From the NCBI RefSeq assembly GCF_004010195.1, contig NC_057750.1, positions 4,001,371 through 4,038,523 on the forward strand: a stretch of DNA of 37,153 bases. The letters run 5' to 3'. This document shows positions 26,055-37,153 of the stretch, piece by piece (position 1 is the first letter of the stretch; each line of letters opens with the position of its first letter). This stretch comes from Chiloscyllium plagiosum. Lineage: Eukaryota. The notes below the pieces were generated by a model. That model worked only from the letters and a program-made list of their open reading frames with translations, did no database searches and was not told where the DNA came from. The translations under genes were made by a program, and so were the position numbers.

Positions 26055-26420
26055 TACAAGAAGATGAAGAAGTGATGACATAATGTTGGATTGGTCCAAT
26101 CCAGAACCCCAGGCTAATCCTCTGGGGTACACATGTTTGAATCCTACCATGGCAGATGATAACATTTGAATACAATACAAATCTAGAATAAATAAGTTAT
26201 CCTCAATTACAACCATTTAACCATTCCAATTGTTGTAAAAACCCATCTGGTTCATTAATGCCCTCAGTGAAGGACACCGAGATTCTTATCTGGTCTGGCC
26301 TACATGTGACTCCAGACCCACAGCAATATGGTTGACACTCACTGCCCTCTGGGAAACTCGGGGTGAGCAATAAATGCTGGCCCAACAAGTGAAGCCTACA
26401 TCCTCGGAATGAGTAAATAA
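26055..26420 (+). mobile_element. Family-B SINE
   Basis: tggtctggcctacatgtgactccagacccacagcaat core. Confidence 0.7.
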
Positions 26421-26823
26421 AAACTGCAGCAACTTGTTGAGGGTCCTTCAGCATCGCATCTCTCCACTTAACTTCCATGCTCTGAAAAGAAACAGCAGAT
26501 GCAATGTTCCAGAAACGTAGGATCATTTAACCCCTTGAGTCTGCTCTGCCATTTAATGAGACTGTCTTATTATGTGACTATAAGATGTCAGAGCAGAAGT
26601 GGGCCATTTGATCCACCATTAATGAGGTTATAACTTAACCTTAACTCCACTTTCCTGCCTTTTCCCCAAAATCTTTGATTCCCTTACTGATTATAAATCT
26701 CAAACTCAGCCCTGAATGTACCTTGAATGGTGGTATTCTTCTTCATGCTACACTTATTCAGAGGTAAACACTGCTTGTTGCAAGGGCTGATAAGGTATGA
26801 AAATGCAGTAATGGGTTTGAAAG

Positions 26824-27532
26824 TGTTACGTCATGGGGTAAACCCTCCTGCTTAATTTAAACCAGTAACACAGAAAAGATTTGTCCCATGCAGTAATCTG
26901 TGAAAATTTAAGAGGCCAAGAACTACTTAACATAAAAATCAACAACGTTATTTCTTAAAATATAACAGAGAGTAATTAACTAACAACTATTTACAACTCC
27001 TTCCTCTAACCTATCTTTTACGCTCCCTTCTATAATACTAGTCCGATACAACAGCTGGTTAAGATTTTCTGAAAAATTCAAATTTCAAAACCAGTCAGCT
27101 GTCGAATTTTCTCTTTGCAGATTTGATCTCCTGGTCGATGTCAATGTTTCTCTATGTGCAAATTCCTTCTCTCGACAGGTACCTCTTAGACAAAGAACAA
27201 AAGCAGCCTATATCCGTTGGTCTTTTGGCAGTTCTTCCCCCAACTGTTCAATTGTTCCCAGACTTATACCCCCACAGCATTGGATTGTGTCATTGCTTTT
27301 AATATTGTCAATATACTCAATGCAAACTTGATTGGAGTTTGTCATTTTGTTTGGGATTTAAATTTAAACTGATTGGCCGCATTCAAATTTGTTTTTGTCT
27401 TCAGACAACCAGCTACGCTAGCTGCTGAACCAAATGTTACATCGCATCTTGTTCAGAACAGTTGGTGCTGTCAGGTAGTTTTGCTAGCGTTTAACTTTCT
27501 TAAAGGTACAGTACATCAACATTTTCATAACA
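26824..27532 (-). mobile_element. Solo LTR (Gypsy or ERV type), 709 bp
   Basis: Termini tgttacg...cataaca (TG..CA inverted ends), flanked by AAAG on both sides (26820-26823, 27533-27536); TATA-like ggggtataag on minus. Confidence 0.8.
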
Positions 27533-27981
27533 AAAGGGTTGTTTTCAAATTCGGATACTACAGAACCGTGGTTTTATGAATGAATGAATTAAACAGTTTT
27601 ATAGTAAATAATGGTATAGTAAAGGGTTATGAATGAATGAAGGGGAACCTGGTATTAATGAATATAGTGAGCTGGTGAGTGAGTTAATAACGATAATCTA
27701 TAGCAAAATATCCCATAACACAATCTCTCACAAACCTTAGCAGCCCTCTGTTAACTGCAACTTAGCTCCATATTTCTTTTATATGTTCACAAGATGGGGG
27801 CATCATTGACATGGGGCAGCACTTATTATCCATCCCAGAGGGCAGTTAGGAGTCACATGTGGGTCTGGAGTCACATGTAGATCAGACTGGGTAAGGATGG
27901 CAGTTTTCTTCCAAAACAGCATTAGTGAACACAATGGGTTATTCCTGACAACCAACAATGGATTCATGGTCATCGTTAGAC

Positions 27982-28616
27982 TCTTATGATGATGCTGTGG
28001 CTTTAACAGGTGTGTTTTGTCCTGATTTATTTTAAAGAGAGACTGGGAGACAGTTAGCGAGCAGTCTATGAGAAGATAAACAACTTGTGAGGCCTTATGG
28101 ACTTTTTAAAATGCTGGAACAATAGAAGCAGCCTGAATGGGTGTGATCAAACTTGCATCCCCAGAACCAGGGATATTTTGTTGTTAGTTTTCAGCAGTTA
28201 CTGTTGGGGACTTGAAGAAGTGGAAGTTATTTTCCCTCTCTCGTTCACAGCCAAAAACTGGGGGATCTCTTCCTGCTGCTGGATTGAATGTGAGACAAAA
28301 TCTGTTGTTTGAATTTGCCTTTGTCAATAGTTTTTACAGGATGTTACTATATTGGAACAGTTAGTTAGTAATAGTTACTTTATCCATTATTCTGTTAAGT
28401 TTTCCATTCAAGTTACGTTATTCCAAATTCTTCTTTCTTTTGTTGTATGTTAATTATAGTGTTTGAATAAATTGTGTTTTGTTAATATCAAACAATTTGA
28501 CCAACTGAATTGCATCTGGAATATAGCACCTGACTTTTACCTTTAAAATAAGAAAACGTTAGGGTCTAGACTGCCTTCTTAATGTATTCTCTGTAGGTCT
28601 GGTCTGGTCCATAACA
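27982..28616 (+). mobile_element. Second solo LTR-like element, about 635 bp
   Basis: t(c)ttatg...cataaca ends, internal AATAAA at about 28466, cleanly interrupts a SINE; TSD not clean. Confidence 0.65.
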
Positions 28617-28696
28617 CTGCTTATTCCAGATTTTTATAGAATTCAAATTCCACCATCCACGACAGTGAAATTCAAACCCAGGACTACAGAATGTTA

Positions 28697-28998
28697 CTGA
28701 GACCCTTCCCACCCCAGTTGTACTCTCTTCCACTCTCTTCCATCAGTCAGAAGATACAAAAGTTTACAGGTCGGAATAGATTCAAGAGCAGCTTCTTCAC
28801 CGTTGTTATCAAACTTTTGAACATTTCTCTCAAATGTAAGTTTGATCTCTCTCTCGCTCTGCACCTTCTCTGTGACTGTAACTGTACTTTGCACTCTGTT
28901 TTGTTATTCTGATACACTTTGTGTGTTACGATCTGTCAATATAGCACACAAAACAATACATCACTGTATCTTCATCCACATGACAATCAATCAATCAA
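28697..28998 (+). mobile_element. Rex1/Babar-like LINE 3' end
   Basis: DPSHP..NRFKSSFF..VIKLLN remnant ending in (caat)n. Confidence 0.75.
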
Positions 28999-29734
28999 GA
29001 TCTCTGGATTAATAGTCTAGTAATTGTATCACAATGCTATTGTCTCCCTAAATACACCTGCTTTTACCCCAAGTTTGTCCATGGAGGAGTTTCAAACTTC
29101 TTCTATGTTTTGTCTGAAAAACTTTCCTAAATTCAATCGGGGTGGGTTACTCTTTGGAAGGTTGGTATGGAAAGTTTAAATTTTAGATGATGGACCTCAT
29201 TCCTAAACTCCCCAGAACAGTTTCTTTCCACCTCCCTAATGTATTATTAATGAGGTGGGAAACAATGGATTATAAAATAATTATTGGAAATTTACAATAA
29301 TTGTTGGAAATATATTGCAGCCTGCAACAAAACTAGGTTCCATCTCTTTATTAATCATTGTCACTAATAACTGAATTTGCTTGTTGTTGAGTTTTGAACA
29401 TGTCTGGATAAATAGAAGCAGATTTTTGCTAAAAAGTGATGACAAGGGGCAAAGTGTGAACAGTCAGCAAAATGTTGCAGGAGATTAATCTGTTTAGTCA
29501 TAAGAATCAGAGTCAAGTGCAGGACTGGAAAAAATCCTTGTTGTTCTAAACTGGATCTGATTCTGGGATATTTGGACCTTGAGATATGCACAAATTTTAA
29601 GTTATACATAAGGGTGGGACACTGACAGGGGTTGTGATTTCAGAAACGAAGAAAGGTAACAACTTTGCCCTTTCACCAACTTTATGGAGTGAAATGTACT
29701 GACTTACTATCCACACAGATAACTAAAGATGTAT

Positions 29735-29955
29735 GAAGGGGGAAGGGAAGGAGAGAGAGGGACTAAGAAACACACACGGGAAAAGACAGAAATCCATATT
29801 AATAAAGACAGACAAAAGGGGAGAGAGAAATGAATACACAGGACAAGGGAGGAACAGAATGCAGAGAGCTAGACATTTCAGACAGAGAGAGACACACACA
29901 GGAAAGTGACACAGATACACACAGTAGGGGACAGAAAGATGCAGAGAAATACACA
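29735..29955. repeat. Purine-rich (GA/CA)n low-complexity tract
   Basis: Repeated gagaga, acacac and acaga units. Confidence 0.7.
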
Positions 29956-30469
29956 GTTCTCTCAAATTTATCCAGGTATTGATTCGATGATGCAAATCAT
30001 TTCAGGACCTGTGCAGGCTCCTCCCCAGAACCCTTCCATATGATCCTAATGGGTAGAAGTACAGTGAGGTGAGATTTGAATGTTGTTGTCCTGCCTTCCA
30101 CAGTTGGATAGTTTCTGACACACTCGTGACGACTACCACTGGGTTTGGCACTACTTGAATGCAATGCTCAGTCTTTGCAGTTTGAAGGACGGAACAGTGG
30201 TTACAAAATAAAAATCCATCTCTCTAGAAGTTTAATAACAGTTTTGAGAAAAGGTTAACAAGAAAATCCACTGCAAACAAAAATTATTTTGCAGCTTAAG
30301 TATAAAGCGTGAACATCTCCACCCCATGGGCATCCTATGAACTGCTCCTGGAAGCTCCCTGTATTGGCTGACCTCTGTGAAACACAAGGGCATATTCAAC
30401 ATCTGCGTCTAAAATTTCAGCGAGGTACAGTACAGATTATTGTTCCTGTAATAGGATTATATATTTTTG

Positions 30470-30770
30470 AGATTCCCCACAGTATGGAAACAGGCCAACA
30501 ACCCTCCAAAGAGTAACCCACCCCGACCCATTCCCCTAATCTATATTTACCCCTGACCAATGCACCTAACACTATGGGTAATTTAACATGACCAATTCAC
30601 CTGACCTGGACATCTTTGGATTGTGGGAGGAAACTGGAGCACCCAGAGGAAACTCATGCAGACATAGCGAGAATGTGCAACTCCACACAGACAGCCGCCC
30701 AAGGTGGGAATCGAACCCAGGTCCCTGGTGCTGTGAGGCAGCAGTGCTAACCACTGAGCCATTGTGCTGC
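30470..30770 (-). mobile_element. HE1-like SINE
   Basis: Reverse-complement head gctgtgaggcagcagtgctaaccactgagcc plus core. Confidence 0.85.
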
Positions 30771-30948
30771 CAGGAGCCAGATTACCCTAGTTAGACTAGT
30801 CAAAAACGTCTTCCCTTTGAAGCTGCCATCATGACATTGCATCAGCACTTTTTTTTTAATATGAGAATTTACCAGTGATGTGAACAAAGCTGGCCCCAGG
30901 CATCACTATGCAAAACATTCAGTCCCATCTGAGGGCCTTATTCACCCA

Positions 30949-31243
30949 CTAAGTCAACAGAAGCCAATGTTGTCGAGGTGCTGAGGATTGATGGACAGAG
31001 TGGCTCAATAAGTCACTTCCTTTTGCCTCAGAGTCATACAGTTGTGGATTCTGACCACTTTCCAAGCTCTGCCTGGGGAATCCTGTATGACAGCTAGTGT
31101 AGGACCACAGACTGTCCTTGCCATTGTAGATGCTGTCATTCAGTTGAAATGTGGCTCTCTCTCTGGCTTGCTGTCTCTCCTTCTCATTGCTGGAAACTAA
31201 TTTGCTGGAGGGTGAACAACCACTGGACATGAGGCATTCTCTC
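30949..31243 (-). CDS. Candidate downstream (possibly terminal) exon of the same unidentified gene
   Basis: A pyrimidine tract of about 50 nt ends in ctctcatag|G at 31244/31243. One frame stays open about 97 codons to TAG at 30949. The phase does not match direct splicing from the 34491 donor in that frame. Confidence 0.35.
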
Positions 31244-31643
31244 CTATGAGAGGGGGGTGCAAGGGAAGACAGAAAATGAGAGAGGAAAGAAAGGAATGGA
31301 TTGTAGGGGAGCATCTGACAACAATTGTTTAACGAGGGACCCTTCACGTAACAGGTCTGATATGTATTGTATACATTAGAGCTAGATAATGAAGTGTTCG
31401 ATATAAGTATTTCAGCAGGAAATGTTTCACAGTTGTAATTGAAAAGTGCGTAATATGTAATGGAACCAGCAGGAGCCACAATAAAAGCAGACTCAAAGGG
31501 TCTTTTATGGCACAATAGTAGTGTCCCTACCTCTGGACCAGAGGGACAATAAAAGGAAAACCAGCAGGAGTTAGTCTGGACTAGTGCCTCATCTCTACAA
31601 GTGCTGCCCACAAGAATTAAACAAGACAGAGTTCTAACTTCTC

Positions 31644-31985
31644 GGGGTGGCATTGTGGCTCAGTGGTTAGCAGTGCTGCCTCACAGCACCAGGGACTTGG
31701 GTTCAATTCCACCCTCAGGCAATTGAGTTGCGGAGTTTGCACATTCTCCCCGTATCTGCTGGTGTTTCCTCCCACAGCCCAAAGACGTACAGTTTAGAGT
31801 AGATTGGCCATGCTAAGTTGCCCCATCATGTCCAGGAATGTGCAGGCAAGATGGATCAGCCATGGGAAATGTGGGTTTACAGGGAGAGGGTAGAGGGGTG
31901 AGTCTGTGTGGGATGCGTTTTGGATGATTGGTGTGCACTCGATGGGCTAAATGCCTGCTTCCACACTGTAGGGATTCTGTGACTC
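31644..31985 (+). mobile_element. HE1-like SINE
   Basis: Full head with A and B boxes, core and tail. Confidence 0.85.
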
Positions 31986-32129
31986 TTCAAGCTTGAGTGT
32001 TCAGATAACAGTGAACTCTTGTCAATACCTTCAAGTGCAAAGAGATTCTCATCTCCTCAGTGAAGGCTGTCAGGCACAGGTCCAGCTGGAATTGACTGTT
32101 AAGTGGGGGAACATCAGGGTGGCACAGTG

Positions 32130-33448
32130 TATCACAGCTGTATTCTGTCACCTTTAGGACAAGATGTCAATCCTAAACAGACAAGAATGTTTTCTGTCTG
32201 CCAACGATCAGGGTAGGATATGGAATGGAATAGTTTTAGGTGAATGTCAAACTGCATATTGAGGGATTCAGGGCTTTTTAAAATCAAGAAGTCCAGGTGA
32301 GGGACCCAAGTCGATAGTTTCAGAGATAACCCCAGGCTCGCTAATGTAAATACTGTATTGTTCTGTATTTTTAACTGAAATGAGAAAAGAACTGTTTTCA
32401 GACACAGAATGAATGGCTGGAGAATTGCTGCAATTCTGAAAGTAAGTAACCTGACGCTCAATGTAAGCACCATTTATACAGCTGTTTGTTCAACCAGTAA
32501 CTGAACTGCAGGCGAGCTGGAACTGAGGACTGTGTACAAACGGAGATTCAGCTGGTAACAAGTGTATGACTCCTCTGTGGACTAATCACCAGTTATCAAT
32601 GACAAAGGCTGTCTCCCTGCCGATAATTATGTGGTTTGGTTCTCAAGGATCTGATCAGCTTGGGGCTGTAAACTGGATAGTGAGATGCCATCCGACCTCT
32701 ACCAGTTCACGGGCTGTCTCTGTTCTCTGCATGAAAAGCTACATTAAGCCTGAAGAAAATCAGTGTATCTGTTCCTCAACTACAAGGTGAGACTTTTAAT
32801 TAATAAGTCTGAGACTCATGAGAAACATGAACCATCAAATCAGCATCTGGAGAAGGAAGAACATGAACCAGTGTTTTGACCAGCACAAGAACAATTTCAG
32901 CAGATGCTGTGAACAAAGATTCCCCACTGAACTGCTCTCCCTCAGTCCAATACAGATCATTCAGCTATAACACGTGTTTTGTTACTATGAATTTGCTATA
33001 ACACAATTGACGAATTGGGAATATTGTCTCCAAAGTGCAAACTTTTAAAGTGTGTGTTGGTTATAACGAGATTACATCAACACTTTAGGCACTGTTTCTA
33101 AAAGAACAATTTTTCGACAACACAGGGTTGCACAAGAACACAGCTAATGCATAACAGAAGAATTACGTGTGTGTGTGTCGGTGAGGAATTTATACAGGGA
33201 TTAAAGTTTTAACTCGTAAAGTTACATGCTGATGGATCATAGTCGTTAGGTAGGTAAACTATTTGTAATAAATAATGATTCTTGTTATGTAGAGAAACCT
33301 AGTCTATGCTTTCTATCAACATGGGGCTGAAAGTAAGATAGATTGGAAAATACTGTGACCTTTAAAAATCTGTAACTTTTGTGATGACTCTGGGAATAGC
33401 CAATAGCTAGACTTTATTTCCAGCTCATGACCCTTGTGAGGTGTGACA
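32130..33448. mobile_element. Possible long LTR-like element
   Basis: t(a)tcac...gtgaca ends and non-coding interior; no TSD found. Confidence 0.3.
32951..33172. mobile_element. Possible Tigger/pogo-like MITE
   Basis: Starts tacagatcattcagctataac; imperfect inverted end ataacagaagaattacgtgt; internal repeats of (c/t)tataac. Confidence 0.4.
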
Positions 33449-33459
33449 CAAAACTGCAT

Positions 33460-33790
33460 TGTTTGCCAGTCTAGTCCAGTCATGATTTCAAAATCTTCAT
33501 TAATATGTTTAAATACTTCCAAAGTCTTGATTCCCCTCCCTACCTGCATAATCACCTCCAGTCCTGCAAACCCACGACCTCTCTGCTTCTCCAATTCCGC
33601 CCTCTTGAGCATCCCAAATTTCCACCATTGGCAGCCATACCTTCAGCTGCCTGGGCCTCAGACTCTGGAATTCCCTACCTAAACCTCACCACTCCTCTTC
33701 CTCTCTTTGAAAACACATCAAAACCGACTCATTTGATCAAGTTTTTGTCCACTGGACCAGAGACCATCCTGATGTAGCTCAATGTCAAAT
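33460..33790 (+). mobile_element. L2-like LINE 3' remnant
   Basis: ccttcagctgcctgggc..ctctggaattccct resembles (A)FS..GP.LWNSL, followed by ttgaaaac..aaaacc.actc.tttga. Confidence 0.45.
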
Positions 33791-33801
33791 TTTTTGTTTT
33801 T

Positions 33802-34112
33802 TTAGATTAGATTACTTACAGTGTGGAAACAGGCCCTTCGGCCCAACAAATCCACACCGCCCCGCCGAAGCCCAACCCACCCATACCCCCACACTTACCC
33901 CTTACCTAACACTACGGGCAATTTAGCATGGCCAATTCTCCTGACCTGCACATCTTTGGACAGTGGGAGGAAACCGGAGCACCCGGAGGAAACCCACGCA
34001 GACACGGGGAGAACGTGCAAACTTCACACAGTCAGTCACCTGAGGCGGGAATTGAACCCAGGTCTCTGGCGCTGTGAGGCAGCAGTGCTAACCACTGTGC
34101 CACCGTGCCGCC
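33802..34112 (-). mobile_element. HE1-like SINE, CpG-retaining (younger) subfamily
   Basis: Full head, core and (tctaa)n-type tail; many intact CpGs. Confidence 0.85.
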
Positions 34113-34490
34113 CACAATTTGTTTGAGAGCTGCTGCCTTGGGATGTCTGACCACATTAAAGGTGCTGTATCAGTGCAAATTCCTTCTTGTATTGAAATAG
34201 CAGAATGGATGACAGAGGGAAAGAAGCATTTTCACTGAAAGCTGACAGTTCAACCCAGGGAGAGAGAGACCAGAAGTTCCAATTCCCCCAGACCACGATA
34301 CTTGAACAAGGACTTGGACTTTAACAAGCCATTTTGGTTTGAATGTATATGTTTTTATTAACAATGTATTTTCTTCTTCCATGGTCGTGGTGAGGTATTT
34401 GACCACAATATGGCCTTGGGAAAGGAAAGACTCCTGTCACTTAAAATCAGATGACAGCCAGATCAATTCTAAAGCACCAAATTGACTTAC

Positions 34491-35269
34491 GCCACCTTGC
34501 ATCATGGTGACAAAGCTTTGTTGCCATGGCATTGGGATTACATGCCAGGATTTTTCATCTGGTGCTTTTCTGGGGCTTCGAAAAGCAATCTGGGATAAGA
34601 CTCGCTGTCCGTGTGAGATCCTTTGGACACAGGTCTGGGTGGGCTTCCTGAGCTGTGTTGAGGCTCTCTGAGCTGCTATGCCTGCTGTTGCCTTCCTTTC
34701 TTTGCAAGACTTGAATCCGTAACATCTGATTAAGGCATAAAGAGTCTCCCTCCAGTTGTCTTGGTTGCCACCATTACGCTTGCTTGGATTTATCAGAGAA
34801 CAAACTGAATTCCAGTCACTCTCGGTTGAGTCATCAGCGATATTTATTCTATATCTCTGATGTTCATTAGAAGGAGGTTTATTAACCAGACTGAAAATGT
34901 CAGCACCTTCATTGCTGATGTTCTGCTGGTTTGTTCTATATGCAGTCCCAGACTTTCCACCAACTCTCTTGGAGCCAATTATAAATGGAATATGTTGTGT
35001 TTCAACTGGGCTCACCATGTGAGGCACTTTGTCTTTCCTGAGTAAAAATGCACTGAGATTACTCACATGACTCAGTGGCTCGGCCTTTAGTTTCTCCTTC
35101 AAATTCTCCCTCAGGCCATCTCTTGGACTCACTGTGGACAGCACTGCAGGAGCTGAATAAGACATTCTTAGAGTAGTTACATGGGAAGACCACCTCAACC
35201 CCTGAGCTTCAGATAATTTTGCATTCTTGCCAATCTTCTTCAGATTGTCTTCATCCAGTTGAGCTTCAA
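34491..35269 (-). CDS. Probable internal coding exon (779 nt) of an unidentified gene
   Basis: Branch-like ctaat, pyrimidine tract and acceptor (gtctaattcttctttccttccttcaag|TT). About 259 open codons (EAQLDEDNLKKIG...TMMQGG) end at donor GGC|gtaagt. Non-repetitive; no domain recognised. Confidence 0.6.
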
Positions 35270-35897
35270 CTTGAAGGAAGGAAAGAAGAATTAGACCCTT
35301 TTCAACAGCATATACTTATATGTTTACAGCTCATTCTCGGCTGGAATGTCATATTGTAAGCATGAATGTTATCAGGGCCTAAAATGCCAAACAGCTTTCT
35401 CCATAAACTATTCCCCTTCGTCATATACTAGCTTTACTGATCCAATGGTCCCTAAAAGGGGCTGCTGTGGACAACAGGAGATTGCCTTGTGAGATGCTGC
35501 AAGACCCAGGCAGAGTAAAAATGTAACTCCCTGAATTGCTAATTGCACATGGAGTCCACACTACTGCTAGTGAATGTGATTAAGCTTATTGATTTAACTA
35601 TGTGTAGGCATCCTCCACTAAATGAGGATGCATCCTCCACTAAATGCACTTTATAGAAGAACTAAACATGCTATTATTAGAAACATTTCTGTAGTTTCAG
35701 GGCTGAAGTACCTGCTGTGGTCTGCAGACTCCCCATTTAAATAAACTCTGCCTGCAGTAGGTACCATCCCACCTTCAACTCCCATGTATAAGATGGTGTC
35801 AGTCTCTCTGAGAATGATATGATTTAGACAGATAAGCTTGAGGACTGGAAAGGCATAAAACACGTTCAGACAAGAAATGAAAAATATGAATGACCCA

Positions 35898-36140
35898 AGC
35901 AGCACTGCTGCCTCACAGCGCCTGAGACCCGGGTTCAATTCCCGCCTCAGGCGACTGACTGTGTGGAGTTTGCACGTTCTCCCACAGTCCAAAAATGTGC
36001 AGGTTAGGTGAATTGGCCATGCTAAATTGCCCGTAGTGTTAGGTGAAGGGGTAAATGTAGGGGAATGGGTCTGGGTGGGTTGCGCTTCGGCGTGGACTTG
36101 TTGGGCTGAAGGGCCTGTTTCCATATTGTAAGTAATCTAA
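35898..36140 (+). mobile_element. HE1-like SINE, same younger subfamily, internally deleted
   Basis: Near-identical in reverse complement to parts of 33802-34112; tail gtaagtaatctaa. Confidence 0.85.
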
Positions 36141-36519
36141 AAATTGTGAAACTGCAAGTCAACCAAGAACTTAAGGAAGGGACGAAGATATGTGATGTTT
36201 GGCCATTTGAGCCTGTTCTACCTTGCAATAAAAGAAATTGAGAGAAAAACAGATACATTTAAATAATGCCTTCTCTTTCTTCATAATTCCCCAAAGTGCA
36301 TTTCAGTCAATGTTTGTGATGATGCTGCTCTTTAACAAGGTTATGCTGTCCTTGGGTCTTTCTTTCAGAGCGTTTGTAAAAGCAGCGATTCCAAAAAGTT
36401 TGGTTTGGATGGGTTTTCGGACCAATTTGATTATAGATAACAGATTACTGCCTCAAGCAAAAGGCTTTCAACTTTTTAGAAGAAACACCTGTACAATGAA
36501 AGGGGAATGGCCAGTTACG

Positions 36520-37153
36520 CAGAGTCAGAGAGATGTACAGCAGAAAAACAGACCCTTCGGTCCAACTCATCCATGCTGACCAGGTATCCCAATCCAATCT
36601 AGTCCCACCTGCTAGCACCTGGCCCATATCCCTCCAAACCCTTCCTATTCATATACCCATCCAGATGCCTTTTAAATGTTGCAATTGTACCAGCCTTCAC
36701 CACTTTCTCTGGCAGCTTTCCATATATGTACCACCCTCTGTGTGAAAAAGTTGCCCCTTAGGTCTCTTTTATATCTTTCCTTTCTCATCCTAAACCTATG
36801 CCCTCTAGTTCTGGACTCCCCCACCCCAGGGAAAAGACCTTGTCTATTTACCCTATCCATGCCACTCATGATTTATAAACCTCGATAAGGTCACCCTTCA
36901 ACCTCCGACCCTCCAGGGAAAACAGCCCCAGCCTATTCAGCTTCTCCCTATAGCTCAAATTCTCCAACCCTGGCAACATCCTTGTAAATCTTTTCTGAAC
37001 TCTTTCAAGTTTCACAACATCCTTCCGATAGGAAGGAGACCAGAATTACATGCAATATTCCAAAAGTGGCCGAACCAATGTCCTGTACAGCCGCAACATG
37101 ACCTCCCAACCCCTGTACTCAATACACTGACCAATAAAGGAAAGCATACCAAA
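36520..37153 (-). mobile_element. CR1/HER1-like LINE 3' part, runs off the window end
   Basis: ORF MDRVNRQGLFPGVGESRTRGHRF..RGNFFTQRVV plus upstream ORF2 remnants and tail. Confidence 0.88.

Larger units (their letters stand above)
27780..29048 (-). mobile_element. Family-B SINE split in three by an LTR and a Rex1-like insertion
   Basis: Collinear pieces at 27780-27981, 28617-28696 and about 28999-29048. Confidence 0.7.

Noticed and set aside
35651..36124. 157-aa minus ORF and a possible 40-nt mini-exon near 35711-35750
   Set aside because: N-terminal half is SINE-derived; the acceptor lacks a pyrimidine tract and the donor is weak.

Overview
Repeat-rich vertebrate genomic DNA, most likely a shark: it carries HE1-like tRNA SINEs, partner CR1/HER1-like LINE 3' ends and SacSINE1/Deu-like SINEs. 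The one confidently identified gene is a mixed-lineage kinase, most likely MAP3K10/MLK2, on the minus strand. Its first coding exon (SH3 plus kinase subdomains I-VIb, about 16680-15867) lies in a CpG island. The promoter has two back-to-back ZNF143/ACTACA motifs, three CCAAT boxes and GC boxes, and bases 1-15866 appear to be intron 1. Upstream on the same strand are splice-bounded open frames of a gene I cannot recognise: a 779-nt exon at 35269-34491 and weaker candidates at about 31243, 36488 and 17956-17300. The rest is nested mobile DNA: SINEs, CR1 and Rex1/Babar LINEs, solo LTRs (one with a clean 4-bp TSD) and Penelope-type fragments with minimal hammerhead-ribozyme cores. I found no convincing wholly new biological system. 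The best leads are the orphan gene, the inverted SINE pairs around its exons, the hammerhead motifs and the promoter/uORF architecture. Repeat family names come from recall, not a database search, and repeat boundaries are approximate.
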